A stretch of 64,000 nucleotides of DNA from positions 1,488,001 to 1,552,000 of the forward strand of contig OX337238.1 in NCBI GenBank assembly GCA_946965045.2. The letters are read 5' to 3'. Numbering within the stretch: the first letter of the stretch is position 1; each line of letters begins with the position of its first letter. A program made the translations under genes and the position numbers. The stretch comes from Epithemia pelagica (taxonomy: Eukaryota > Protista > Bacillariophyta). Below, piece after piece: positions 21,397 to 33,400 of the stretch. The notes under the pieces were generated by a model. The model was not told where the DNA came from. It saw only the letters and a list, made by a program, of their open reading frames with translations, and ran no database searches.

Positions 21397-21505
21397 AGAT
21401 GTGCCTTTTCGAAGCACCAGAAGAATAGACTGCAGTAATCCGGAAAGTCCTCCGTAGAGATGTGCCTTTTTCAAGCACCAGAAGAATAGACTGCAGTTAT
21501 CCGGA
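21383..21505. repeat. Tandem duplication, 2 x 61 bp, overlapping the peptidase stop codon
   Basis: AAAGTCCTCCATAGAGATGTGCC..GACTGCAGTAATCCGG at 21383 and 21444. Confidence 0.9.
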
Positions 21506-22396
21506 GAAAAATAGCACCCTTCCACACCTCCCTAGTTCATAGAGACAAGACGTATCGGCCCTTTCTCTTCCTCTTGAAGGACCCTGTAAAGTCTTACAAG
21601 TAAGTGACGCCATGATTCTAGCACATTCCAGAGAGAAGCGACAAAGATTGTCGGAGAGCGTCATACAGCAACACTCTATGGGCCACCTCGAGGACTGCAG
21701 CAAATAATGCCGGCCGTCCCCTTTGACACCAAGGCTCAATGACAGTAAGATCGCGCAATGCACACGCTACATGTTCCGAAACCATGCCAAACCTGCACAA
21801 TCGTGGATACTGTAAGACTGGTTTTGATTGCCGTTATGACCGCAACAACCGTTTACTCCTACTCCTACTCCTATATATTAACCTTACTACTACTCCTAGG
21901 CGTAGCTACGAGTAAGAGAAAGGACCTTCGAACTTCGAAATCACCGCCGATTGATATGGATTACTCCTACGAACAAAATGTCGGTCGTATTTGCAATTGC
22001 GATCGTTCCCATATGTCTAGAAAAGTATTGGTGTAGCAAATGCATCGTCTATAATGATTTTTTATGAAGCGGAAAAGAAAGTCCTTTACAAATCAGGTAT
22101 CAGACTGATGTTGCAAAAGGAGCACCATCAAAAGGAAATCCGTATCTGTGAAATCCACACCACAGCTTCCCAACTTGAAAGTTCACGTGCGCATGTTTTC
22201 GGGCAGTGTATCCCCGTAACTCGTAAGGAAAGCATGGATTTGAGAAAAACCTCATACGTCCTTCTGTTACGACAAGACACTCAAACCATTTCAAGAGCAA
22301 AAAGCTACATGCTGCCCCTCTGGAATCGAAGCACCAGCAATCAACATGTTTCACGCATGAAAATGAACCAATGTCAACAAATGTTGTGTACTGGTT

Positions 22397-23014
22397 TTAC
22401 TTGGGATTGTTAGGTTGAAAGACGTCCCCAGCATCTTGTGTTGGTAAGGGTGGTTGCCACTCTTTCCGTTCTGGCATATTTACAATGTATTGTTGTTCGG
22501 GTAATCCAGGAGACCCTTCGCGTGCAGATTGGACAAAGGGATGATCGTCATCAATGGGTACTTGTTCGGGTATTTGATCGGCGGTGAGAAATTCATTGTA
22601 TTTCATGAGCATTTCAATGGTTTGTTCTTGATAATCGCGACGTCGGACACAGTAATAATAGGAGCCAAAATTCACAGACATGAGGGTAAAAAATCCAACA
22701 TTGACGGCAAAGCCAATGGGACTTTGCATCCGAAATCGATGCAAGGTCATGGCCGTGGCTGTGGCAATGGCCCACATGCCTGCTTCTCGAGCACACCAAC
22801 GATATTTGGAACCTTGAATGGCTTTTCGAATTCCAAAGGCTTCAGGTAAATGACGTGTCCATTTCGCTGTTTCGACACCGACGTATCCTTCTCCACCCGC
22901 GGCTGGATCCAACGTGTAGCCGTTGTTACCAGCAGGCACCGGGGCATTTGTGTTGTCCATCGGTATCGAGTCTGTGGATGCCGTCGCGAAGGTAGTCTCA
23001 TTCGATTCGGACAT
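22397..23014 (-). CDS. COX20: Cytochrome c oxidase assembly factor Cox20-like membrane protein
   Basis: WCAREAGMWAIATATAMTLHRF..FAVNVGFFTLMSVNFGSYYYCVRRR: Cys, two TM helices, Cys-x-Arg arrangement as in Cox20/FAM36A. Confidence 0.6.
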   Translation of the reverse strand: MSESNETTFATASTDSIPMDNTNAPVPAGNNGYTLDPAAGGEGYVGVETAKWTRHLPEAFGIRKAIQGSKYRWCAREAGMWAIATATAMTLHRFRMQSPIGFAVNVGFFTLMSVNFGSYYYCVRRRDYQEQTIEMLMKYNEFLTADQIPEQVPIDDDHPFVQSAREGSPGLPEQQYIVNMPERKEWQPPLPTQDAGDVFQPNNPK

Positions 23015-24013
23015 GATGTATGCACCAACGTTGACCAACTACTAGACGGCTGTGTTATGACTTTCCCCTTTCACCAAAAGATACAGAACGGATCTGTGCT
23101 GGTTTCGCTTTGTGGCCGTGGTGATGATGGAATGCTGACTGGATTGTCCCTCGGTACAGAGGAAATGTAGTTAGTCGCTCAATAGTCTCTTATGAGTCAC
23201 GTAAAGATAGTGCATATTGGTATTGGAGGCACGGACTGGGTAGTCTACTCAATTCTCAATACTCAATACAGAGAACCAAAATGGGTGCACGCCTTTGCCT
23301 TTGGGCCCCAAGCCAGCCGTTCGGCTTTTCAAAAGTATATATGCTATGATTGAAAGACATGGGATTTTTCAAGTTTCAAATGCCCATCAGTAAGGTCGGC
23401 GTGATCAAAAAGGCGGCAAACAGGAGAATGGGACCTGGGAGTAATGAGAAACGCAAAGATCGGAATCGGATTGGGAAGGCCTTTCAGTTTTGTACGTTGC
23501 AATGGCGGCGTCCGAAAGAGAACGGACCGTTGTCGACTGTTGAGTGACTGTTGATTTTTTAAAGTGATCGTAAAAAGGAAAAAGGTAAACTGGACCATAA
23601 AAAGGAAGTCATTGAATGAGACTCTGGAAGTCATTTCGTCCGTTGGGAAAGTCTGTTCGTATTTGGTATCCTATTACTTAGCGATGTGAGTCCGCCACGC
23701 GCCGACCGTCTCATTCCCTTCCACATACACGACGGACTGCGTTGCGGTGCAAAATTTTTGCCCTTGGCTCCCGTCTCGCCCCGTTCCATCCCTTCTCTTT
23801 TTTGTTTTTGGCCAATTCACAAAGCAACTCGACGAAATCGTACCCAATACCTAATCGACATACGACACCCAAAGCCAACAGCAAGAACAAAATCTCAGAG
23901 GGTTCAAGTGTGAAGACCTCCCTCTATCCTCTGAAATCATCCGTATATCCTTATTTGTTTGGCAGGTTGACCCTTTCGAGAATACAGCCAGTCTGTGGAG
24001 AGCAAATAGAAGC

Positions 24014-26680
24014 ATGTTTCACCCACAGTGGCTGATTCAGACGAGATTCTCTTCGTGGTTTCCACTTCTCTTATTATGGAGCAGTTTCTCCTGCACAGGT
24101 GCAAGGTTAGCAGAGCACTCGGATTCAGTCAATGTCCTCAACTTGGCACTAGCCAATCAAGCTGGCGAGGATGGCCATTTGAATTCGAATAGATGGATGC
24201 TTTCGTACGATCCACAAGATTCGTATTTGGAGCGAATTACCTGTGACTCAACGACAAACTCGTTTGAGACATGGATTGCTATTGATTTCAAGGGAGAATT
24301 ACGGACGGATTCGTTTGATTTTTACGATTTGGGTGACTTGTTGATGAATGCCTTTCGAGCCGAGACCGCATGGAATTGCGATCCTCTCCAACGAGTGGTT
24401 CAAGATATCACGTCCATTGTGATCCAGTCGGTGGTTCAACTTCCGATGAGTACTACTACCAACGACTGGACTGTCTACAAAGTCAGCGTGTTGGCCTATG
24501 GCGATGGACTGAGTCTCGAACACCCGACAGCCTTGGAACCCGACCCTCCCGAATTTTCCACCTTTGTCAAGACTCCTGTAGGAGATCAATGTTCCTTGTC
24601 CGAAATTTTGGAGGAGCGTCCCTCCGAACATCACTATGCATCCGACTGTCCCTTTTTGGGTTGTTATTGCCCCAACAACTTGCTTCCCTCGTCCACTCCG
24701 ACATCGGGTGCCACTGAGGCGCAACTCGCCAGTACGTTGGATGCAGCTGTGGAGCATTGTCAAGATGAAGGAATTGCCGTTCGCACGGGCAGTGGTGGCA
24801 AGAAAAGTAGTGGAAAAGGCAAGGGTAGTAGTGGCAGCAAACGTCGTGACTGTTTGCCAGGCGTGGAACAAGTGACTGCGGTTGCCGAGTTGCAAGAAAT
24901 TCTCCCCTGTGGACCCGACATTGACATTCCTGCCGATTATGTTACTTTTATTGATGCAGACCCTTGTGAAATGGGCAAGGCTAAGATTACCGAGTTCTTT
25001 GATGAGTTGATTAAGGAGTACAATATGGCGCAATTTGAAGTCTGCGATACCAGTTTCCGACGCCTTGAAAAGATTCACTTTGATTTTGAGGCACGTTGTG
25101 GTGGATATTCGGACATGGAGGACGACTACTACGACGACTATTCGGGGGGTCACCGTCGCCGACGCTTGGATTCCGATGACGAGGACCTTCCCTGGGGAGG
25201 TGACTTTAGTGCCAAAAGTGATACCGGCGATGAAGAAGATGATGATTTTCGTCGTGACTTGGTGGAACGAATCGTTCATGAAATCTCGTTGAACGAGACA
25301 AGCCCTGATAGTATGGTCCGCCGCCGTGGCTCCGAGATGGGTCCGTATTACTACGAGCCTCCTCCCATGGAGTCAAAGTGTTTTTGTTCCGCCTTTTCCA
25401 AACCTGGTCCAGGCATTACAGAAGAGGAATTTGAAGCGCTTGCCAATAAGGCGATGCAGCGAGTGACCAATGGCCAAGTACAAGTCACGGACCAATTTGA
25501 AGTCACAGTTGGTTGTCCCGACAGCGAACGTATCAGCTTCCGAAGTGGCGCGGCGGCGTTCTTGAATGTGGATGTCAGTACCTTGACTCCCCAAGACATT
25601 GCCGAGCTAGAAGAGGATTGTGTCCTGACGTACAACAGTTATGGAATTGAGTTTTGCACGCCCTCCTTTACCCGTCTTCAGTCGTGCCGCATTAGCCCTA
25701 TTTTCTTGGAGTCTCCCGATTATGACGACGGTGACTATCGTCGTGGAGGTCGCCGACTCGAGTCGGTCAACAATGGCCTGTTTGTCGAATTGGTCGGATT
25801 AACATCACTGATCGACGGAAAGCAAGAACCCGTCATTAATGATTCCAAAGGTTACCATCGTGCACTGGGGTCTTCCTCTGACACTTCCAGCATTGCACAG
25901 CATGTTTTGAAGCAAGTGATGGACCGTCGACAGCTCAAGGTTGTCTCTCATGACCAGTGTTTCTGCCGAGCCGACATAGTTTCGGGACACAATCCGACCA
26001 CGGATTTGTTTGCCTCCTTTCTAAATCTGACGGGCATTGTGGATTTTGTCCTGCCAGCCGACCCCAAAGAATGTGAGGGCCCGCGGGTCTTTTCTCAGTC
26101 TGTCTATGCCATTGCCAATGGTGATTTAAACAGTATCAGTGTCCGACATGAATTGGAGCAGTTTCTGCAGGATACACTCAACACATTGAGTGTACAAAAA
26201 TGTGTGGAAAGTCACTTTTATGCCTTTTCCACGGACATGGTGTGGTGGGAGAGAAAATCAGCGTCAGGTGGTTACGACAAGGCCTTTGCAGTCAAGTTTG
26301 AAGTCAAATTTGTGTCGTTTAACAGCGTACCTTATCAAGATGTCCTGTACAAGGTCACCAAGAAGTATACAGACTATGCTCGTCCTCGTCATGAATATCA
26401 TCAACGAGCGTTGGACTACATCCCCGATGGAAGTGGTACAGGGGAGTTGTTCCAGGATATTGAAAGTGAAAACTCAGAATGGAAACCACAAGTCACTGAA
26501 GTTTTCGATCTGAGTGAGCGACAACTGCAACAATTGGAGGAGGAATCTACCTGCTTTTGTATGCCTGGAGCGAGAGAGACGCCGGTTCTAAACCTGAGTG
26601 TTTTGAACAAAAAATTGGACTACGAAATCTGTGAGGAGAATGCCGTCCCCGGTGTTTCTTTCTTCTTGATCGTCCATTAA
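24014..26680 (+). CDS. Secreted Cys-containing repeat protein (888 aa) with RxL motifs
   Basis: Signal peptide FSSWFPLLLLWSSFSCTGA; four C-[FY]-C modules; RRRRL, GRRLE, HRAL, RRQL; K/S/G-rich GGKKSSGKGKGSSGSK. Confidence 0.75.
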   Translation: MFHPQWLIQTRFSSWFPLLLLWSSFSCTGARLAEHSDSVNVLNLALANQAGEDGHLNSNRWMLSYDPQDSYLERITCDSTTNSFETWIAIDFKGELRTDSFDFYDLGDLLMNAFRAETAWNCDPLQRVVQDITSIVIQSVVQLPMSTTTNDWTVYKVSVLAYGDGLSLEHPTALEPDPPEFSTFVKTPVGDQCSLSEILEERPSEHHYASDCPFLGCYCPNNLLPSSTPTSGATEAQLASTLDAAVEHCQDEGIAVRTGSGGKKSSGKGKGSSGSKRRDCLPGVEQVTAVAELQEILPCGPDIDIPADYVTFIDADPCEMGKAKITEFFDELIKEYNMAQFEVCDTSFRRLEKIHFDFEARCGGYSDMEDDYYDDYSGGHRRRRLDSDDEDLPWGGDFSAKSDTGDEEDDDFRRDLVERIVHEISLNETSPDSMVRRRGSEMGPYYYEPPPMESKCFCSAFSKPGPGITEEEFEALANKAMQRVTNGQVQVTDQFEVTVGCPDSERISFRSGAAAFLNVDVSTLTPQDIAELEEDCVLTYNSYGIEFCTPSFTRLQSCRISPIFLESPDYDDGDYRRGGRRLESVNNGLFVELVGLTSLIDGKQEPVINDSKGYHRALGSSSDTSSIAQHVLKQVMDRRQLKVVSHDQCFCRADIVSGHNPTTDLFASFLNLTGIVDFVLPADPKECEGPRVFSQSVYAIANGDLNSISVRHELEQFLQDTLNTLSVQKCVESHFYAFSTDMVWWERKSASGGYDKAFAVKFEVKFVSFNSVPYQDVLYKVTKKYTDYARPRHEYHQRALDYIPDGSGTGELFQDIESENSEWKPQVTEVFDLSERQLQQLEEESTCFCMPGARETPVLNLSVLNKKLDYEICEENAVPGVSFFLIVH

Positions 26681-27461
26681 GAATGTACGTTGGTGCTTCA
26701 TCGCCTTTTGCCGGACGACGAACGTTTCGCATCAGCATAGTTTTCTGTAATCATCGAATTGTGGAGTAGCATTCATTTCTTTCGTTGCTTTTATTTCCCA
26801 AGTCTATCATGACTTCACACTTCACCCAAATCTCCTAGAGGAGGAGCAGTACCTAACCTTAACGGTGCTTGAGGGCCATGGAAAAATCAGATTAGGGTTT
26901 CGGGATTCGGGATACAAGAGTGCCGCGAGCGCGCCCGACCAGTGACCAGCCATAAGCCATACATATATGCAATAATCGAATTTTCTATTGTTGTAAAATT
27001 GCCTCTGCTATTCAAAAGCTCCGTGGTTGTACACTATCATACATGAAAATGGACCTTTATTCCTACACAGGACTTGATCGCGCCCGCCCGCCTGTGATCG
27101 GATCTCTTTCATCGCCTGGCGAGCTGTTCACTCCGATGCTCCCACAACTCTCTGGGGAGGGAGAAGCATCGCCGCCAAAACAGTCACACTCCTTCTTCCA
27201 CTACTCATCCTCTTCCACCTGCCCTATTACGTTAATCGATGGTGACAATCAGTCTCTTCCAAGTTGCTTCTACCGATTGATCTCTACGTCGTCGATCGTC
27301 GTCTTTGATGTCGTCGCATGAGTGATCAACGACAGTGACAAATCAAAGAGTCTTTCAAGCACCTTTTCTATATCTCTCATCTTGGCAGGAGGCAGGAGAT
27401 CCTATAGCGTCAGGGAATCGAGCTTCTGACCTCGGTCTTCTGTCATCCAGAACAGAGTCTC

Positions 27462-30400
27462 ATGGGGGAGCACGATGACGATCGCGTGATCAGTAGTCCT
27501 CGGAAAATGAAATCACGATCTGCTGCCGTTCCGCAGCAAAGCTCCGATCAATTACATCAATCCGCGCTGGATGATCCTCCTCCACCGCCTCCTCCCAATC
27601 CTCCACCACCTCGTTCGCAGCGGAGAAAACTGCGACACTCATTAGGCAGTAGCGGGAGTACCAACGAAAACCAGGATGAGGATAATTACAATCTCTACGA
27701 CGACGAACGAAGAGATGACCGAGAGGAAGACGTGGAACGGGCGGTTCCTCTCTTTTCGTCTCGCAATCGCGTCAGCAGCAAGAGACCGACTCGGAGTCAT
27801 GGCAACAGTGGCAGCAAGTCCTTTTCCACTCCGACCTCGTGTACACCACCAGCGTATATCACCACCACGGCCAAACGCAAGAACGGTCTTGTGGCACAAC
27901 GTGCCAGAACATTTGAAAAGCAGTCGACCACAACCGTAGCTAGATGTTCCTCTACGGCATCTTCCCGTCACGGTCAACAGGAATCGTCTCGTGGTGCTAG
28001 ACAGCACAAGACACGACAGTCCAGTCGCCAACCACTAGCTGGCGCTGGAGGCACTTTATCAGCTGTTGCTTCTACGACACCACCCCCATCGTCCAGTACT
28101 GGAGCAAGGATCCAAAACGACTATTGTTCCTCCTCGTCGTCATCGAACTCGTTATCACCTCCAGACAATGACCATACTCTCGATATGGTCGCGGATAACA
28201 CCTCGCCTCTCACGGAAGCGACGCCCTTTTTGGAAACAAGCAACACACCTCCCCAGATACAGGAGAGTACCAACGAAAGTAATTCTAACGAAGTGGCGCT
28301 GGTTCGGTCACCACCCCGACAGCGACCGACTAAAATTCCGTCCTTGACTCCTTCTCCCAATCGGACAAAAAGCAAACAACCCTCGGGTGACGCAACGGGT
28401 GAAGAAAGTCAACATACGGCAGTTCCTCATGGGACGCCTCCCTCTGCGAAATCCAGAAAGTCGCTGGGGCATTCTCGCGACAATCTTGTCGAAAGAAGCA
28501 GCGCCACCAAGACGATTGAAAGAGACCGTGCCTGTCCGGTAGTTGAAACCTCGACTCAGCGTGGTATGACTCCCTCGTCAACCAAGACAACGACACCTTC
28601 CGCGAACAGGTCATCCTCTAAACGAATAACGACACGCACAACCACTCCGCCTTCCAAGAGCCAAACCTCCAAAAGTGGCATTCGAAGCAGTGGTGGTGGT
28701 AATTTTCCCCGTCAGTCTGCAGCTCGAGTTGGAACCCCTCCCCGTCGTCCTAAAACGACCACGGGAGGAACACGAGGGACACCCCCGCGGTCGTCCTCTC
28801 CCAAGCATTCCAATACGCGTCGAGGCATTTCTTCTATCCAGAAGAATCGAACGTCTACCATTACAAGCAGCAACAGCAAGACTTTAGGTGTTGGCTCTGG
28901 AGGACGCACTGCTTCTCGCACCGAAAACAGCCCAGTAGCAGGCCCTCCAACGCTGTCCGAACATGCTGCTGCGGTGGCAGGACAAGTCTGTGCTGCACCG
29001 GTCACCCTTACACCACCCCAACTTCCACCACGACGCCAATCCGTCTCGGCCAAAACGATTGGAATGAAACATACAGAACATCAACAACGAAAGGTTAATT
29101 CCACCGGCCGGAAACTGTCCAGAGAGCGCAATACCGCTGTTGCGGTAGACGTGCGCGCGGATATTGTCGAACGCATTCAAGGTATGTTTGAAGAGTGCAT
29201 TAATGTGGTGGACTCTGAAAAAGCCGTTTTTTCTCAATCGTTTGTCACGTTGTTGTACAGTGGTGCTGCAGTTGAGTGACTGCAACAGGGAAAGCAGTAA
29301 CCCATTACCTCGTTGGAAAGTGCTACATCATCCATCTCCGTTGGTACAAATGATCTCACCCGATGGGAGCCTTCTGCCCGAGGACCAACTGGTTGTCGGC
29401 GAGAATCTCTTTGCGTTGGATCACGTCTTTTCGACCGAAAACAACGATAAGGACGGAGAAAACAATGCTCGTGATGTCTATACTACGACTGCCATTCAAG
29501 ATATGGTCCTTTCGGTGGTCGAAAAGGGGTGGAATGGCATCATCTTTGGCTTGAACGGATCTACGTCCGAACAAGTGGGATCCTTCGGCTCTGCCTTTTC
29601 TGTGAACAAAGATGAGGAAGGAGAATACGATGGACTGATTCACATGGCGGCTGACGATATTTTCGCAAGTATTGATAAGCATGGTCAAGAAACGAGGTTC
29701 GTAGTACGCGTAAGTGTGCTGAATATTTATCAAGACCAAGTGGGGGATATGCTCGGTAGCAATCCAAAGACAGACAAGAGTGGTTGTTTGAGTGCATCAG
29801 GCGAGGCATTACATGAAGAAACGGTGGATAGTCCCCGAGCGTTGCTCAAAGCTCTGGTGCGTGGACAAGAGCACCACTCTGCTTCCATTTCATCGTCAAA
29901 AAAACAAAAAAGCTTGATCATATATCGTATCACCGTTGATAGTTGTCCCGTAAGGGTTTATAAAAAGGCCAAGCAGCAAGAACGAGAGGTTCAAAAGAGC
30001 TGTTCTGGAGATGGGGCGAAACAGAAAAGTCACAGATCAACAGAAGATCTTCCATTTATGGTGCAGTCGGCAACTCTACATTTGGTGGATCTGTCTGGCT
30101 TGCAGAGTCACGTTACAATGAGCGGGGAGGAGGATGACGAGATTAGACGGATGAACGACGATTGTGAAGATGAACAAGACGATTCAACTATGCATAAAAG
30201 GTTCGTAAATTCTGCAACGTGCAAGTCGTCGATTGTGAACTCTGACCACTAACTTCATTGCTCCTTGCGTATATAGTTTGATGGCGCTTTCGCGTGTCAT
30301 TGAGGCTTCAGAAAAGAACCAGAAAACCACAACTAATAGGACGAAGCAGAATCGGAGCGTTCATCGAGACTCCAAATGGAATCTTCTTTTACACCCCAGT

Positions 30401-33400
30401 TTATTGAGAAATGCACGTGTGGCACTTATCTGTAATGCCTCTCCGTTTGATCTTCAAGAGACTCAGTCAATTTTATCGTTTGCAGCCCAGGCCCAACTCG
30501 TCTCAACCAGAGCGAGAAAAAACGAGATTCCCATTGCAGACCAACAATCTCTTTTGAATCGTTTTCAATCTTCAAAGAAAGGTCGCAGCTCAAAAGACCA
30601 ACGTCGTAGCGATGCTACTTGTAATGATGTCTCCGACCCGAATGAAGAAAGGGAGGAGAAATTTCGACAATTACAACGACGTCTGTTTGAGAGTAACGCA
30701 AATCGCCAAACACACGAACTCCTTCAAATGGGGTCGCAAAAGCAGACTGGGCGAAGACTTTTTGAACGAAGATATTCGTTTAGTGAGGGAATGGGAATGA
30801 TGAAGGCCGAAACTCATCCGTCCACTTCCACGTACGAGGTCAAAAGCGATGGTAGTAGCGAAGAGCTGCCCTCGCGAACGCTCACAGATGATCGTCTTGT
30901 GGGGAATATGGAAACTTCGAGTGTCGCTGAGATTGCGATGCTCCGACAGGCACTGTCAAGGAAGGCAAATCAGGTGCAATTCATTGAGGGAAGATACGAT
31001 GATATTTACAAGACATTGAGCGAACGAGATGCAGAGGTAGATCAACTTCGTGACGAACTTCATTCTGTCCGGAAATCCTTGGATCAATCGAGGAAGAGCT
31101 TGGATCGAATGAGTGGTCAGAAGAAGAACGAAGGCTCTACAAAAAGAATTGACGAGGAAGTTGACCATCTTCGTAGTAGGCTTGCCGATAGACGAAAAGA
31201 ACGAATGGCCCTGGTAGAGCAGACTCAGGCAATAATCGCTGACCGAGAACGGTTTGCCATACAAAATGAAGAAATCCATGAACAGTTCAAGGAATTGGAA
31301 ACGAAAAACACTGATTTGACTGAAGAGAAAAAGTCGCTTGTGCAACAACTCGAGGTTAACAAGGAGAGGCACCGAAAGGAGATGGCAGAAACCGAATCTG
31401 AAAAGCAACGATTGAAAAAGGAACTAGAGTTAAAGGAGAAGGAATTGAAATCGGTCAAAGAAACAACACTAAAGTATGAAAAGGAAGCCGTGACTTTGCG
31501 GTCTGAAAATACAGCATTGCACAGCAAAGTCAGTTCCCTGCGGGTTCAACTGGCTGCAGCTTTAATGGAAAGTGCCGATAAAGCTACGTCCGAAAAGAAA
31601 ATAGTAGGAACTAAAGCATCGCCTGATTCGGGAGCGACGCCTCATCTTGTCGAAAATGAAGCTGCAGACGATGTCAACTGTGGATTGGAACAGTTAGGGT
31701 CAATGGACACAACAACAGATATTTCCGCAATAACATCTTCTTCTATTCCACATGATGGCAACCATCAAGATGATTCCGCGAAACACAGTACTCGGTTGAA
31801 AAACAAAACGCAAGATGAACGTACGTTACTAGCTGATTCAAAAAAGGGTGATAATGCTTCGTCGAACACCAACAGCTCAGGAAGCGGCACCACCACATCC
31901 AGCTTCCCTCAGTCACTACATTTTTCACGGAAAACAGTTGATGAGAGAGACAATAAAAATCCACAACCTCCAACAGGAAACTCGAACAAATCAGAAATTG
32001 AGGGTCTCCATCAGAGTGGAGTCGCAAACGAAGCTGGTGCGAAATACTTAGAACGAAAAAGCAAAGTTCGCGTACCTTCGTCTAAGTGTCGCCCACAGAA
32101 AGAACCGAACGGGACAAACCAATCCCGAGATGGAACCGAAGAAGAAACCTCGGTCACATCCAACATGACAGAGCTTTCCGAAGAATGTGGTACAATTGAT
32201 ACCGCCCAGATCTCTGAAGTCGACCGCCAAATTCGGGCTGAGCGCGATGAAATGATCCGTTTCCTGGAAGAAGCCCATACCGCCATCCAGACCAGCAATG
32301 AAGAGACCTGCAAAATAGAGTCTCTTCTTCAGAAGACAACAAAGGAGCTCCGTACGCTTCAGGACGCATTTGCTAGTGCGGAGGACAGAAAGGAATTCGT
32401 TCGGTCACAGCGCATCGAGTTAGATCGAAACCATCGAGCAACCCAATCAGCTCTTAATGAGGCCACAGACGCAATGAAAACGCTCTGCGAGAGGGTGGAG
32501 GCAACGGCGACGGAGCTAACAAAGGAAAAAGCATCATGTACCAGTTTGCGTGAGTCGCTTGAAAAAAGTGAAAGGGGTAAAGCCATGCTGATGAGTGATC
32601 ACGCAACAATGAAGAGAACGGTGGCTGATTCACAGGCTAAAATTGCTCATCTTCAAGAGGAGGCGGAAAAGCTCCGTACTGAGCGCGATGACATGACCAA
32701 AGTTCTCGAGGAACTCACCAATGCAGCAGACGAAATACACCTTGATATGGAAGGACTAATAACGGAGAAGAAAAACCTTCGCCAGGAGTTACAAGTACAA
32801 GAAAATGAGATCGGGTCGCTTCGTCATCAGCTTCGAACAAGTGAGGAAGCACGGGAGAACGAAAAGAAGGCATTTTCCGAGGAACGAGCATCTCTGGTTC
32901 GACAAATGGACACTGTATCAGAGCAGATTTGTGAAGTCAACAGAGAACGGCGACAGGAACGTGAATCAATGGTCTATTCGGTAAAATTTTTAGAAGTTGG
33001 AATGGAGAATGTAACTGCCGAAAGAAACGAGTTGTGTGATGAGACCACCACGCTCAGAAATGTTATGGAGGAAAAGCAATCAGAAATAAAAGCACTCCTG
33101 TCGAACCTTACCAAGGCCAACGCCGAAATCGAAACCACAACCGCAGAGAACCGTGAAATGGAGATGCTCCTCCGTGATGCCACTGCAAACATCAGAATGT
33201 TAGTGAGCGATCTCGAGCGTGCCTTGGAAAAGAATGCCCAGCTAAGCCGGGACCGTGACCTGGATCGTCAAGATTTGGCAACGGCCAATGACTTATTAAA
33301 TAAAGCGTCCGCAGAGACGGATTCTCTGCGGCGAAAGGTGCAGGCAATGTCAAGTAAATTGGAAGAGGTGGTCACTTCGTGTTCGAACTTACGCTGCGCC

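Noticed and set aside
23300-23775. Possible MITE with GGGxxCCAAG ends
   Set aside because: Inverted match is only about 8/10 with no TSD; compatible with chance.
27043-27321. 92-aa ORF upstream of the kinesin-like gene
   Set aside because: No motif, composition like 5' UTR or promoter.
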